Assembly (NCBI GenBank): GCA_036172245.1
Contig: JAYWIR010000024.1
Span: forward strand, 2,666,001 to 2,730,000
DNA length: 64,000 bases
Source of the DNA: Raillietiella orientalis
Lineage: Eukaryota
Direction of reading: 5' to 3'
This document shows, one piece after another, positions 12,300 through 24,950 of the stretch; the stretch's first letter is position 1; each line of letters opens with the position of its first letter. The notes below the pieces were generated by a model. The model was given only the letters and a program-made list of their open reading frames with translations. It was not told where the DNA came from and did no database searches. The position numbers and the translations under genes are program-made.

Positions 12300-14290
12300 G
12301 AGGTGATTCCTGGCTTCAAAAGCCTGTGCGGGGTTCAACCACCACCAGCATGAGAAGACGTCTGCAGTTTGACTTTGATACGATGGCATCCCACCAGCGC
12401 AGACGTTTGCAGGATTCCCTTCGGGAAAATAGAAGATACTATCTGTCTGGGTACTCAATACTACGGAATGTACTTGGCCGGTTGTTCCGTGGCCAAGAAT
12501 CTCAAAGCGGACGGAAAAATTGGTGCCTCCTGTTGTTTGTAGAGTTCCCGAAAAAGTTCAGTTGTGCTGTTGTTTCCATAAAGTTTAGCCGTTCTAGGGA
12601 AAGACGTATGCGAGACCTCGGACGCGTGCAGCTAACTGGTAAATCTGGTTCCCTAAAATCTTCCTTTGCAGTTCAGAGCTGCTCCAAAAGTGCAGCCCAT
12701 TTTGCACCATGATCAATAATCTTCACAAATGATCTTCGAGGGTTTTATGCGATGATTTGGCTCAGAAAACTTTGTCTCAATTCGTAACTTGCCGATCTTT
12801 GTCTCGGAAGAGGTTTATGGTCTTCATGGATGAGAAGTAGCGATGTTTCACCACGCTCGCCTTTCCCACTATCAAATTTCTCGTAAACATCCTCCTGCTG
12901 ATCTTCGATTCCTCTCCCTCATTCTAACGACAGAGAGTGTTAATAACACACAAAGTTATTTTTTGTGTGCTGCATCCGCACGATCACTACGGTTTTGTCC
13001 TAATTATCTCGCTTCAGCAGAGCGGGAAGATTAATAAAATTAGATCTTCTTGAGTCAGCTGAGATCTGCGATAGATGCTTTGTAGATAAATCTCCAAACC
13101 GTGCAGCCATCTGTGGCAGCATTCGATCTGCTCATGGTTTTGCCTCTGCCTTTGGAACTGGTTCGCGTGACCTTGAGGTTCTGGCTCCATGAAAACGGAC
13201 CAGAGCTGACCCATGCTTTGCGACTCTCCTCTGCCACGTGCTTGGTTGGCGCTCTCTTCGAGCAGGTGTGTGGCTCGTCTTTTGCCGGATGGTTCAGGAT
13301 GCATTCCAGTAGAGTAGCTGCACCTCTTCGGGAGACACGGTCTCAAGCAACGGTGGAGATTTTTGAGCCAGAGAGCCCTGAGAACGAAGAAGTTGCTGGG
13401 AGGCGCATGATTTCCGGAGCTGCGGACCATTTTTGAGAGATTCTTGTTTTTTTTTTTTTTGAAGAGAAGGCTGAGGTAGAAAACCCTTTCGGATCCAAGG
13501 AGAGGGGAAAACGAAAATAAAGGAGAGCAAGAACGATGCAGGCTTCTTATTCCACTTCGAGACGCAGACAAATCAAGGGAAGATGGGTCACACTCAAACA
13601 TCGAAGACCATGTAAGCACGGAAAGGCTGCGAACGATGGAGGGCAGTGTAAGCGAATTGCTTATCTAAAGCTGAGTCGTTGGCTGGTGATTTCAGCCGCC
13701 TGTCTTGCGTTTGTATTGCATGCGTTCCAACTGTTCCATTCGTAATAGCTCTGCAGCGATAGTAGCGCTTCCAGCATCTGGAAACCTCGGGATGAGAAAG
13801 CAATGCAAAACTTCTGGAATGCCCCGTGGAAACTCGCTGCATCATCTCGGATTCGCAGTCTTTCAGATCATCAAAGCAATCTGGCATCAGGTTGCATTCG
13901 CAGAGGGCGTTTATTCCTCTTCCCGGAGCCCGAAACCGTCGTCATGGTTTTCTGCTCTTGGGGTCCAATGGAGTCATTAAAATTCTCGTCGCGATGTTCC
14001 GGCAATGCGCTCTTACATGCACTTTTACAACTCGTCGTAACGATCATCTTATTTCCAGAATTTCTCGCTTCCCAAGAGATCCATTTCTGTTTTCTTCACG
14101 TCAAGTGTTTGCAACAGAGGAACACGACGCAATGGCGTCTCTACATTTCGCGATGGAGCTGCCTATGAATTTCTGATTATGGACGTTCTGATGACGCCTG
14201 CAATAATCTATCTATTTTCTATCTCTCCTGGCTGTGCACCCTCTCCTGATCCATCCTTGCGGATGGCAATCCTTTTTGATTTCTCTGCTC
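12300..14290 (-). pseudogene. NACHT NTPase (NLR-like) relic, heavily eroded
   Basis: KMIVTT (sensor-1 hhTTR-like, ~14035-14052) and SLHRS (like FxHxS.QE) at NACHT-like spacing; similar length to the 37.5-40 kb relic. Confidence 0.35.
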
Positions 14291-14455
14291 CCATTCTAAT
14301 TGTGGCTTGGTCATCCACTCGGTATTTGCTCGTGCGGAGGGATGCGAGGAGCCCTCGAGAGTCATGAACTGGTCATCAGCATGGAGTTCTGGGTAGATTG
14401 CAAGAAACACCAAGTTGTGGATCGGGAGCTGAGCGCACCAATACAGAATCCACAA

Positions 14456-15200
14456 GAGGGCACGTATTGGCGGTCCCCGCGAGTGATACCAAACATTTCG
14501 GGCTCGAATGTCCTCGTGGAGGCCAAGAAAGCCTTCATTTGAGGGGGCCGCCCATGCAGGATGAGGTTGGTCGGCCTATAGGCTCCGGTGCGGAGGCACT
14601 GGTGGAAGCCGGAAACCGGGTGCCCCGTTGACCGGCTGAGATTGGAAATTGACCCTACGGGGTCCTTCCAGAAATCAAGGAACACCGAGATTGCCCTTCG
14701 GCCGTGAAGTGGGTCACCCCCTCCCCTCGGAGGGGACCTTCCATCACATACCATGGAGCTGGTTGATACCCCCCTCCTTTGGGGATTGCATTTCCAGATT
14801 GCCAGAAGCACTCTGCTCCCTTTGGGGTTCTCTTAGGAGGAAACAAGGAACGGCTCTCTTGTGGGTGCCCCTCCGGCTAAGAAATTTCAAGAGCAGATCC
14901 ATTCCGGGTTCTCTTCGGAGAAGAAATAAGGAGCAATCCCCACAAACCGATGGAGGGTTCCTTTGGAGAGAATATCAAAGAGGTTCCCTTTTGTGTTCCC
15001 CACCATGCGTAAGAGATAAGGACTCCTTCCTCCGGAGTCTTCCTGGATTCATAAGGTGGTCCCTTCGGGGTCCTCCCAGCTGGAAGAGTTGCATGCACAC
15101 TCGGGCGGCGTGGATGGTGATTAAAGCTTTGTGAGCTCCTAGGCGAACAGTTCTTCAGCACTTGCAGAACCAAAGAAACCCTCAAGAAAAAAAAAAAAAA
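14456..15200 (+). mobile_element. SINE-like repeat, copy B
   Basis: Shared blocks gtccttccagaaatc, ttcctggattcataag and cctaggcgaac (cf. cctaggtgaac in copy A); poly-A tail. Confidence 0.7.
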
Positions 15201-15229
15201 GCTGAAAGGAAAGCAGAGAAACAGAAGAA

Positions 15230-16182
15230 CCCTAAAAAAGGATTTCCATCATCCTAAGCTCCAGAAGGGATGGGCCTCGTCTACCCCCCCCCCTTGCCTT
15301 AGTGCTGCCTTCCCTAAGGGCCGCAAGGGACAGCGTAATCCCGGCAAAGTGGGAAGTGACGTGATGCATAGCAGCAAAGAGGAAACTTTCTGGGGGCGTG
15401 GACAACTCGGGAGGTGACGGGCTCTGCGATTTCGAGTGTCCCACCCCAAGGGAGAGCTGCCCGGCATCCCTCCAGAGGAGGCGAAATGGCCTCCAGCGCG
15501 CCGGAAACCTGGCACCCTCCTCCGCAAGTGGCAGGAGTTGATGTTGCTGGTGGTGCATGGGGGAATGCAGTGCAAAGAGCACCTTCGCCACTGGACACGT
15601 GGATGCTCAGTGCAGCAGGTGCGGGAGGAAGTAAACCCCTCGCACCTGCTGTTGGACTGTGCTGCCTTCCGACCACTTTGGAATCTCCTCGAGACTATCC
15701 TAGGAACCCCGGGGGCATGCAGCCCCAAGGACATTTTGAAACGCCTCTTCGTGCGTGGTGCTGCACTGCAGCCGGCCACGTCCCTCGCAGTTTCTTCCTC
15801 CTGCCTCCGTGGGATCTCAGCGGTCTGGAACGCCGAAGAGAAGAAGAGGCCGAAATGGCAGAGATGCCATCCACTGGGTGCGGAGCTTCCTGAAGGGCAC
15901 CCCGAGATGGCCTCACTTGGGCGCTACACGGACGGAACTTGCCAGCATCCTGAACAGGATACAGAGGTCGTTTGGCAGCGTACCGTGATCCCTCCTCTCC
16001 CTGTGTGAAATTTCCCTCCCCTGTTTTTGTGTTTATTTTTTTTGCTATTGTTTCCCTTCCTACACGCTTACCCCACGCTGCCGAAGAGGACCTCGCCAGT
16101 CTGCGCACCGCTCTTAGGCAGGTTCCAAGCACCAATGTACTTTTATTGCTTTATGTAATAAGTGCCCTAGGATAACCGGGTG
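15230..16182 (+). mobile_element. L1/Tx1-like non-LTR 3' fragment (zf-RVT/CCHC region)
   Basis: ORF 15436..16008 KWQELMLLVVHG...CS...EEVNPSHLLLDC..PLW; T-rich 3' UTR; homologous to 44490-45232 and 58500-59441. Confidence 0.7.
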
Positions 16183-16439
16183 ATAGTCATCAAGTGCAAA
16201 AAGTGATTGGATAAGAAGGAAGCATATCGATTCTCTGCAAGACTTACGATGTAACTTGATTTCACTTCAAAGAGGCAATGTTGAGGAAAGATGCATCTCA
16301 GTGACAAGAGCAGTTTATCGTCTCAATCTAATCCACAGATATCCGAGTGGAAAACATCTCATTGGTATTAGAAGGCTCAAAATTCACTACAGATCTGAGC
16401 TTCTAGTGAGCTCGTTTTCTTGCACTGCTGCCCATTCTT

Positions 16440-17170
16440 GAGGTATCTTTTTGTGCTCGTCTCTCGACCGAAACCCGGAATGTGTCCCCAAACGTGTTCG
16501 AGATGCACCGGATGTTGGCGCACAGCATCACCCTCCACTTCTTCATGCTTCCCGTTTTTGCAGGACGATTCTCGAATTCCCTGAGCACTTCGCCATCAGG
16601 ACCCAGACTCATGGAGATCTCATCACCAGTGCGCTTACAAGGAGTGGGAACTCCTCTGTTGGCGAAAGGGAAATGGCGCTTCTCGTATTCGGCCTCCTTT
16701 CTTTGCCTCGCTTTTTCCGGTGCTGTGGCCGAGTTCTCACCAGGGCAGGCAACATCAAGTACGACGACTGGACTTTCGTTTCCGAGCGTCAGGTCCGGAC
16801 GGTGCTTTCAGTTGTCCATCCCTGGGATCGGCTGGTTCGAGATCATCAGCTCCCGCTTCCTCTGAGGCGCCTCTTCGGTGACTCGGATCCGGGATGACGA
16901 AAGGGTCGTACTCCTTGGCGATGAAGTAAGAGTCCTGCAGCCGGAGTCGGGAGGGATTCGGAATGGGCCACAAAGGCTCTTTCCGTAGCGACAACCTCCG
17001 GTACGTTCGATCTGCACCGTTTCTTGTAGATGCGCACGCGCAGTAGACGTTGGTTGAGAGGCGTGTGCGAAAAGCATGCACGAAGGAAGTCGTGCTCATC
17101 CCAGCGTGATGAACGGAACACGTGGCCAACGGCCACAACTCCTTGTCATCCAGGACGCACCTAGGTGGAA
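16440..17170 (-). mobile_element. RLE-type (NeSL/Utopia/R2-group) non-LTR 3' fragment
   Basis: Minus strand reads SNQPIPG..*KHRPDLTLGNESPVVVLDVACPGENSATAPEKARQRKEAEY, an RLE PD..D..K core, preceded by SFVHAFRTRL. Confidence 0.7.
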
Positions 17171-18075
17171 GTTCACTTCGACGGTGCGGAACGCACAAAG
17201 AGAGCGCGCTGGCTGGAGCTGGTCAACCACACCACTCGGATCAAGGGAAAGCCAAGGACTCCACCGTTCTTCCAGTCACTTCATGGCGACTGGAGAATAT
17301 CTTTGTCTTGCCGACTTCCATTTCATTCATGCGGCAAGGATGAACCTGCTGCCGATCCGGGGTGTTGCAAGGAGGCTCCAAGGAGGAAAAATCGTGCCGC
17401 CGCTGCACAGCTTGGGAAGAGACCCTGCCTCAAGTTTTGAATCAATGCATGAGGCACTCTCCCCTATACACAGCGAGGCACGATGCCGTGGTAACAAGGC
17501 TGTTGGCAGCGACAAAGGATACCTCAGGATGGAAGCAAGATGTCGGCAAACAAGATGGGTAACTGGGTGTGACTCCAGCTCCAATCTAGTGCTGCAGAAG
17601 GCAAATAAGATGATCATCTTTGAAGTCTGCTGTCCGTTCGACAACACTGAAGAGGTATCCTGCCTCACAAGAACGGGGAGGCAAAAAAGGTAAATACCAG
17701 GAGTTTGCCTTGCTGCTGAGGAAGAAAGGACTGCAGGATGAAGTCAAAGCTGTTATAGTCGGTGCACTAGGAACCTAGGATCCACAGAATGATGGAGCGA
17801 TCCGTGAGTAGGTATCCCGAAGCGGTATGCGGAAATGATGAGGCACCTGATGGTGGCTTCGTTCATACAGAACAGGAGGGATATCTACTGGACGCACCGA
17901 TTAGGGCATCCTCCGGACGACGCCATCAAGCGATGAGCTTACGAAACAGCTGCAGAAAAAGTACGACTCATTAAATCCATGAGGAATGAAGCAGCCGTTA
18001 GAGAGAGATAGGAAGATGCGGTAGAGCGATCCAAGTTATATGTGTGTATGTAATGAAAGCAAATTACTAAATGAA
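17170..18075 (+). mobile_element. Utopia-like non-LTR retrotransposon 3' fragment (CCHC knuckle + RLE)
   Basis: DQGKA, FHFIHAARMNLLP, CRRCTAWEETLPQVLNQC..RHDAVV, IIFEVCCPFDN, IVGALGT*DPQND, DIYWTHRL; ends exactly at U2 snRNA sequence, the known Utopia target. Confidence 0.85.
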
Positions 18076-18160
18076 ATCTGTTCCTATCAGCTTAATATAT
18101 GATACGCCACCTATCCGGTGGCCAGTATATGGAACTACTTTTTGGAAGAGGACGGAATGG
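18076..18160 (+). pseudogene. U2: U2 snRNA internal fragment (no 5' end, 3'-truncated)
   Basis: atctgttcctatcagcttaatatatgatacgccacctatccggtggc... matches U2 stem IIa/IIb; Sm-site-like actttttgg at ~18137-18145. Confidence 0.8.
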
Positions 18161-18165
18161 ATCGC

Positions 18166-18295
18166 TTCTTGTAGGTGCGCATGGGCAGTAGGTCGGGTGA
18201 CGTATACGAAAAGCATGCACAAAGGAAGTCGTGGTCATTCCAGCGTGCTGAACGGAGCAAAAGCCCCACCATCCAGGACGCACCTAGGTGGGAAC
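18166..18295 (-). repeat. diverged direct repeat of 17021-17170 (RLE-element fragment)
   Basis: Shared ttcttgtag..tgcgca, gaaaagcatgcac.aaggaagtcgtg, catccaggacgcacctaggtgg. Confidence 0.75.
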
Positions 18296-18329
18296 ACTAG
18301 CTAAATGTTCTCTTTGGAGGGGGGTCCAT

Positions 18330-18900
18330 AAAGGTGCTCCCTCAAGAATGGCAGCGGAGACATCGAAAATTTGAATTAAAAAACAGAAGCAGAAGAAAGC
18401 CACTGTTCCCGGAGCATCTTGGAATGGATTGGTGATGGTTATCCGCGGTCCTTGCCTCTCTTCTCACTCGAGTTGACTCTTTGCCAGAACCTCTGTGATA
18501 AGCTGATTTCGGAGTAGAGACAGAAATCTTTAAGGGAACCGGAAATTGGTCGCGTTTTTAGAATGCTGCGAATCTCAGCCCTTTGGTGTTCACCCCAGCC
18601 CAGGGGAGGAGGTGTCCCCTGTCCGAGGTCGAACAGATACATCGTGGTACTCCTGAATTATCGTGAGGGGCGATACTTCAACGCCCATTGAAGTACCCCG
18701 AAAAATCCGCTCTTCAGCGGCGAACGTGTTGCTTCGGGATCAAGAGTTTGGTGCGTCGCAAGAGTGCAGCTTCCATCGAACGTGCTGAGATTCGCAGCAT
18801 CGGTCCGTGTGCTCCTTTCGACTGCTCACAAGCGAGATATCAAAGAACTCTCCAGCTAAAATCCGCCTCGCTTCTTCTTGTGATTTTGTTTTCCTTTTTT
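18330..18900 (-). pseudogene. caspase domain relic
   Basis: GYFNG..NSGVP then frameshift to YLFDLGQG (like GKPKLFxxxACRG); KDFCLYS (p10 DFL-like) in ORF 18439..18642. Confidence 0.45.
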
Positions 18901-18959
18901 TTAAAATCAATGGAAAAAAAAAAAAAAAGAAGCAACTTTTCGGATCTCTTGCTTGGATT

Positions 18960-19900
18960 TTGGATTAAGAATAGACTTTCTGAGCACATGGCGACTGCTC
19001 CTTGGCGATAGCAAACGTTGGACACCACAGACACAAGAAACAGCCGGAATTTCCACTGCGCATGCGAATCACCGCAGATCGTTTACGGCTTCCTTGGATG
19101 CGAATCAGCAGGTGGCTTCCCGAGGGAAGGACGGGAAAGCGCGGGCTTTAGCGTCGCACCCGGATGCACTAGGACGTTTATTTATATTTAAAAATATATA
19201 AATAAACATGCAGTTTTCGTATGCTAGCAGGAGGGAAAGTTAGCCAAAGCGTTCAGGGATGCTTACTGGGGCGGGAGGAGGGGAAAGGGAATGGGTGGAG
19301 AAAGGAAAGGGAAAGGGGATGCGGCCTTGGGAGGGATGTGACTAGGATTTTGCCTCCTGACAGTCGGCTGCTGTATGTATCTTTCCAATTCCTCTTCGGG
19401 TATGTCCAACCGCACGCCGTGTGCAGCAGTCCTTTGCATATCTGGAGGATGCAGATCTTTCGCTTTTGATTGTCCTTTGAGTATGAGAACATCACTATGG
19501 CACGTAGGTAACGCACGAATAGAGTCGTGTCCACCTTCGAGACACCATCGTTGCGGAAGAACCTCCTGAACAGATCTTTCGGGCCAAGGTGAGGAAAAAA
19601 CAGGCTACGTTCCACATTGCCTCCGGACTCCAGCTAAGGACTATCCGTTCTTCCTAGTTAAAACAGAAAGTCGGCTGGCCGGCTTGACAAGGGCTTCTGG
19701 AAGATGTCCCCAGAAGGACGGATCACACCAGCATGCAGGACAGGTCGGAAGACTTCCAAAGCTTCGTTGCACGGGTTTCATGGTCCTGCAGCACAGATCG
19801 CGGCGTCGCCTGCCGGCGAAGCACGGCGGAGAGGTACCTCGTGTTCGCTTCTCCTCTTAGGCTCGCCTTTCCAGGAAGGCTTCCTCCTCCTCTTGCATCC
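18960..19900 (-). pseudogene. caspase domain relic
   Basis: ORF 19253..19615 has SLFFPHLG and QKRKICILQICKG (like KPKIFIIQACRG) at proper spacing; C-terminal HVLRKSILNP. Confidence 0.6.
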
Positions 19901-19949
19901 CAGCGGGAACGTGATGTGAACAATGGCCTCACGGGTTGAAGAGGAAGCT

Positions 19950-20640
19950 ATAGTACCCCCGAGCCTTATTCGAGTGCTCCTTTCGTGCTGAAGATGTGAC
20001 TCGGTGAACCGACTCCGATACTTCACATGAATGATTTCCAAAGAGGATCCCACGAGTGGAGGATTTCGGAACAAGAAGCCGCTCCTAGGAAGGACTGTAA
20101 GTGTCCGGTTCCTGCCGGTGTTTTTGGAAAAGCCCACCGAATGCTCCCTCGTACGCATCGGGAGGACATCTCTGCAACCGCATTATGGGAAACACCATGG
20201 AAGCCCAAGCTGATAGCGGAAGAACCAAACAGGTATCGGATCACAAGGAGAAGTGTATTCTTGGACTTTGAAAAGCTACTCTCAAGAAGAAGAAGTGTCC
20301 AAACTTTTCATCCCACAGAAAGACGCGGAGACTGCAGCAGCGCGTCACTGCAACTTCGTACGATCAGCCAAAGAAGTTGAGGGAACACTTATGAGAGGAG
20401 GGATTTGTAAATCATGCCGCGGGCTGAATCATTTGAAGGGTACGCGACGCTTTCTCACAGAGTATGTGTGTCATAGAAGCACAATTTGTGTTCCCTTTAC
20501 GCAACGCAATCCTTATTCCAGAGCCAATCGTATGCCGAGGAGGGACTTCCTTGTCGCAGATATAGGAAGGAAGGTGGGTTTTCGAGCACCTTTGTAAGAG
20601 GAGTTGAAATTCGGTGGCTCTTAAAGAAAGTGACCAATGC
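19950..20640 (-). pseudogene. caspase domain relic
   Basis: NCASMTHIL (SHG-region-like) in ORF 20412..20642 and LTVLPRSGFLFRNPPLVGSS (p10-like) in ORF 19778..20158. Confidence 0.4.
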
Positions 20641-21849
20641 ACAGACCTCTAATGGGGCACATAGCATGGAGAGCAGTGGTACAGAAGCTCAGCAGGGATG
20701 TATGTGCATAAGTATCCACATGAGTGCACGGTACATGTGTTTATCGTGGCAGTTTGCCAGCAGCTGGCATGGTGTTCTCACAACCCAACTGGTGCTTTTG
20801 CGTGAGCGAAAGAGGGACAAAGCGATGAACACTTGGGTTTCAAGAGCGCATCGGAAAAAAAAACCCAGGTCTTCAAGGTCAAAACTTCAGATTGGAAAGG
20901 AACGACTGACTGAGCGTCCTGCTGATTCTCGTACTTCCTTCCTTTCTTCCTTCCTGCATCCAGTCTGAGCTCAACGTTTCTGCAGTTTCGCCGACCCCCT
21001 CCCTCCCCCACTTCCCCCGATTGCCGCTCTCGCTGTCGTGCAATGCGAGGTCAGTTTGGAACCGCAAACAAGTGCTTGGGCTGTGGTCTCCCGCGCACTT
21101 GTGAAATTCGGGCAGGAACGAAGGAGGTGGAAGGCAAACGTCTTAAAAGTGAAAGTCGAGTGGAAGTGAGGCAGCGCCGGGAAGGACCAGCAAGCAGCTC
21201 TTCCGTCTCCGACTCGTCCGCTTGCTCGGAGATCCAGGGTGCCAAAAAATCAGTTGCCAAGAGTCCACTGGCAACATGAGTGACATCCTAGGGAAACAGT
21301 GATAAGATTGAGAGAACCTGCGGGAATCATTCATTAGTGGTTTGTCAAAGCGGAAAAGATGTTTCACACACCCGTTGAAACGGAGTCATCGGAAAGGCGA
21401 CACGCTCCAATCATCTCTCCCCCCCCCCTCTTCCAAAAAGTAGTTCAACACACTGATCACCAGATGGGTGGAGTGTCAAATACCGAGCTCTAAGAGCAGG
21501 TTTTATTTTAGGATTACATAATAGGGGCTAGGAAGCCCGTTTTTCCCATTCCCCTCTCCCCATCCCTACTCCGACTGCTACGTCGTCAACGCTCAAACAA
21601 TTCTCTACGCACATAATCAAAGGAATTCTTCCAGTCACGCAGAAAGGTACCACTCGGGATGCTCGTAGGTCTGCGAACGGAGATGGCTGGAGGCCAAAGA
21701 ATTCAGGAACAGTCTTGAGCTCGAACTAATCCAGAACATCCGCTTGTCTGCTAGAAGGAAAAAACAAAAACAAAAAAAAAAGGTTGGCACTAAAGAGATG
21801 GTGCAGCACACAAAGGGTCTGTACAGTATACGAACGGCTAGTTGCGAAG

Positions 21850-22720
21850 CACATGCAATATACTTACGAAAGGATTGGATTCCTTGAGAGGTATCGTTTC
21901 CTCTTGGAAATTAAAATCCGTTTTATGAAGGCGTTCCCTCCCTCTTGGCGCGCTCATAAAATGGGAGCCGCACTTGCATGGGGCACCGACGTTGAGTTTC
22001 TGGTCAAGTGAATATTGATTCAGCCCCCACTGTTTGCCCAGTTCCTTCTTGCACACATTAAAACAGTGTATTCGTTCCATAGGATAGAAGAGTTTCGTGC
22101 GAAGCGACTTCCAAAAACTCTTCTGCGATGCCTTCTGTAGAAATTACGGAGAAGGATCACTACCTCTACACGCTGCTGGAAAGCTGAGTGTGTTTGGGGC
22201 CAATGCGTCCCCTCTGTCCACGAGAGAGTTCTTTCCGATCCGAGTTTCAACGGTGAATTCACATAGGATTTTAAATACGCACGGAGCAAAGGAAGGGAGA
22301 AAAGAAGGGGAAAAAAATGATGAACGAACAGGATTATTTTCTGGTTCATGAAGAAAGGGTCCTTCGTTCTGGAAGTTTCCATGGGCACATGCCATCACCA
22401 GCAACGAAACAAATGGCATGTGACATCAGGCACATGCCGGATGAATGTTTGAGGGTGCTGCGCTGGTTGCTGCCCCTGACCTACGCTCTTCAGTTACTCT
22501 TTTTCTGCTTTGGGCGTTCGTTTCTGCTTGATCTTCGAAATCATAGGTTAATTGGGCACCACCACAATGCTTCTGGAATCTTCCAGCTCTGCACGGCAGC
22601 ACCAATATACCCTGGTGGTTTGCGGATTTGTGCACTTTTCTTTTGGCGTACACTTGTTGGATGGACTTTTCTGTGCAAACGTGGTTAGGGACTTGGGGAA
22701 GGAATTCTCGGAAAGGCCAC
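21850..22720 (-). pseudogene. caspase domain relic
   Basis: HQGILVL..RFQKHCGGAQ (p20 start), LLVMACAHG (SHG-like) and AACRG in ORF 22144..22419; FGSRF p10-like remnant. Confidence 0.55.
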
Positions 22721-23570
22721 ATCCTTGACAAACTTCAAATGCTGCAGGACACGAATACTGGACCTGCTGTTGATCCTTGAAGTACAACCTGTTAGCATGC
22801 CCATGAAAAGTCGAAGAAATCTGGAATTAAACACGCAGAAAAAAAAAAAAAAAACGATGCTTCAGTTCTGAAGATTCAGAAAGAACGATGAGGTGATTTT
22901 CTTCTGGTCGCAACGGCTGCTTCTTCAAGGTCTCCTGTAATCTCACGCTCTTTGGGGTAATCCTTAAAATTTATAAAAATGCTAGTTCGAAAAAGGCATT
23001 AGAGAAGCCTCGAGGCCTCTCTGGTGAAATCGATAAAATGAAAGCCCCCATTCCCCCCCCCCCCAAAAAAAAAGCCCTAATCCTCCACGCTCGCATCTTC
23101 GATGGATAGATGGCAATGGGGAGCCGAACCTCCTTCTCGGGATTTTCAGTGGCTCGTCCCATCCGAGGTGCCGTTCGCGGAAAAGCCACCGTGGGCAGGA
23201 GACCAACACTCTCGCAGTGACACCACAAGCAGAATGCGTGTGCCCAACTGGTAGACGAGAAATCGAAGAGTTTGAAGGTCTTCACTCGCTTTCTCCCCTC
23301 CTTTCTTTGCGAAAGAGCAGCAGCGTAGAGGACGCGGTCGCGCGGGGCATATTTTCGTCTTCTTTGAGCAGCAGTTGGGCTTTTTTCCTTTTTTTTCCAA
23401 ATAGATACCCCTATTCTCCTTCCCTCAACTTTACTTTTCCTCCCTCTAATCTTCCTAAGAACGTTCACATTTCGAAAGAGCGCAGAACACATTGAATCTT
23501 TCGATGTCCAGAATCCGACCTGGGGTGCAGCAGTGTTTGAGGTGCCGAAAAAAAACCCCATCTCATCGTA

Positions 23571-23609
23571 TGTGTGTGTGTGTGTGTGTGCGGGCATACG
23601 TGTGTGTGT
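23571..23609. repeat. (TG)n microsatellite, interrupted
   Basis: Directly visible. Confidence 0.9.
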
Positions 23610-23749
23610 TTCAGCACTGGAAATTGCGAAGTTCGTAGCTCTCGGATTATGGCAGCCTCTCCATCGTTGTTTCGTGAAGCAGCGAGACGACTCATTCCAT
23701 CCGAACTGGTGCTGCAATCGTAAACAGTCCCGGATCCTCTGTGAGATCA

Positions 23750-24200
23750 TCACGAAGGTAATTTCCATTTGGAATAATGAGGCGCCGTGGATCCTCGGGT
23801 CTTCGTTTCTGGCGACGAGGGAGGTTTTTATAGTGCGCTTCTCCTGGACCGCGGAGGGGATGTTACGACGCTGCACGTCCGTTCGAGGAGCCTCGTCCGC
23901 CGAGTCCGGAGGTTCGTCGCCGGAGCTTCCCGCTAGCTTTTGCCAGAGTTTTCCCGAAGGATGAGCCCGCTGCGCCGACTCGGAACAGAAAGGCAGAGGG
24001 CGTCGACTCGGCTCCGCTCCGAGGGCACTTGAGCTTTCTTCTGCAGGGCGGCACCAAGGAGCGGCGGCGAGACCGGCGAGGCGCCTGCGGCCCGCGCATA
24101 CAGCTGCACGAAAAGTGCCAGCCCTCCCTCGTCCCTCGAAAACAGAACCTTTGGATGCTTACCGACCCACCGGGGTATTTCCCCCTGCCAGTCTCCCCGG
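23750..24200 (-). mobile_element. possible L1/Tx1-like CCHC fragment
   Basis: KCPRSGAESTPSAFLF in ORF 23863..24306 resembles CPxCGxExTxxHFLFxC. Confidence 0.3.
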
Positions 24201-24519
24201 AAGACAAAAAAAAAATGGGGGCGACTCGCTGCCGTGCTGCCGATTGGAGGAGTTGGGGCAAAATTGCACGAAAGCCAACCCTCGTTTTGACAAAAAAAAA
24301 AATCAACGCAGAGGGCGTCCCCTATTTTCTGTATCGTTCACGTAATCACCGTGTGTGCTCCACGTTGTTGTCATGGTAACTCGCATCGTGAACTGGTAGA
24401 CAAGCAGTGCACACTGCATCGCCGGTCGCAGGAGAAGTCGCGAGTTATTAAGCATCCTAGCAGAGATGATTAGGAAGGATATGTGTGTTTGGTGGGGGGG
24501 TGAACTGCAAGAGCCGAAT

Positions 24520-24950
24520 TCCCTGTTCCATTTTCGTTCTTTGTGCAGGCTTTGTGGGCCGTGAACAGGCAGCCTCGAATCGATTCATCAACACCGGATG
24601 TACTCTTCTCACTTCCGAATCCCAACTGCTTAGCGTCCCTAATGCACAAGCGCGTTCGACAGGGAAGCTGGAAAGCTCACGCTGCCTTTCCGCTCTTCGT
24701 GTTTCTGCTTTCGCTCGTTCGCCTGTTTGCGAAAAATCTTCGAAGACCGCGATCCTCTTAGCCCCGCGGAGGATGCACTCTTGTTCTGCTTCGTTTCCGG
24801 TAGGGAAGCACCCGCGTTTGGAGTCATTTCCTCACCCGGAAGGAACAAGTGTTTGCAGCCGATCGGTGATCTTTCCGAGTTCTCCCCCAAGGCAGACGCG
24901 GCTCGAAGTGAGCATCGCGCCGTCTGCATCATCCTCGGTCACCTTCCTTG
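24520..24950 (-). mobile_element. possible RLE-type non-LTR 3' relic
   Basis: Minus-strand ACALGTLSSWDSEV resembles the RLE VGALGSWD motif. Confidence 0.3.

Noticed and set aside
11940..12300. Strand-skewed G/T-rich segment as a LINE 3' end
   Set aside because: No motif I could identify; left unannotated.
18161..18169. ATCGCTTCT, identical to the U2 snRNA 5' end
   Set aside because: Only 9 nt, not followed by CGGCC, and overlaps the start of the direct repeat.
22144..22419. AHG...AACRG ORF as an intact active caspase
   Set aside because: The His-Cys spacing is longer than usual and the flanks are frameshifted; kept only as part of a relic.
22971..23876. 301-aa minus-strand ORF (also the 288-aa ORF at 24948-25814)
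   Set aside because: Runs through microsatellite/homopolymer or GC-rich sequence; no recognisable protein motif.
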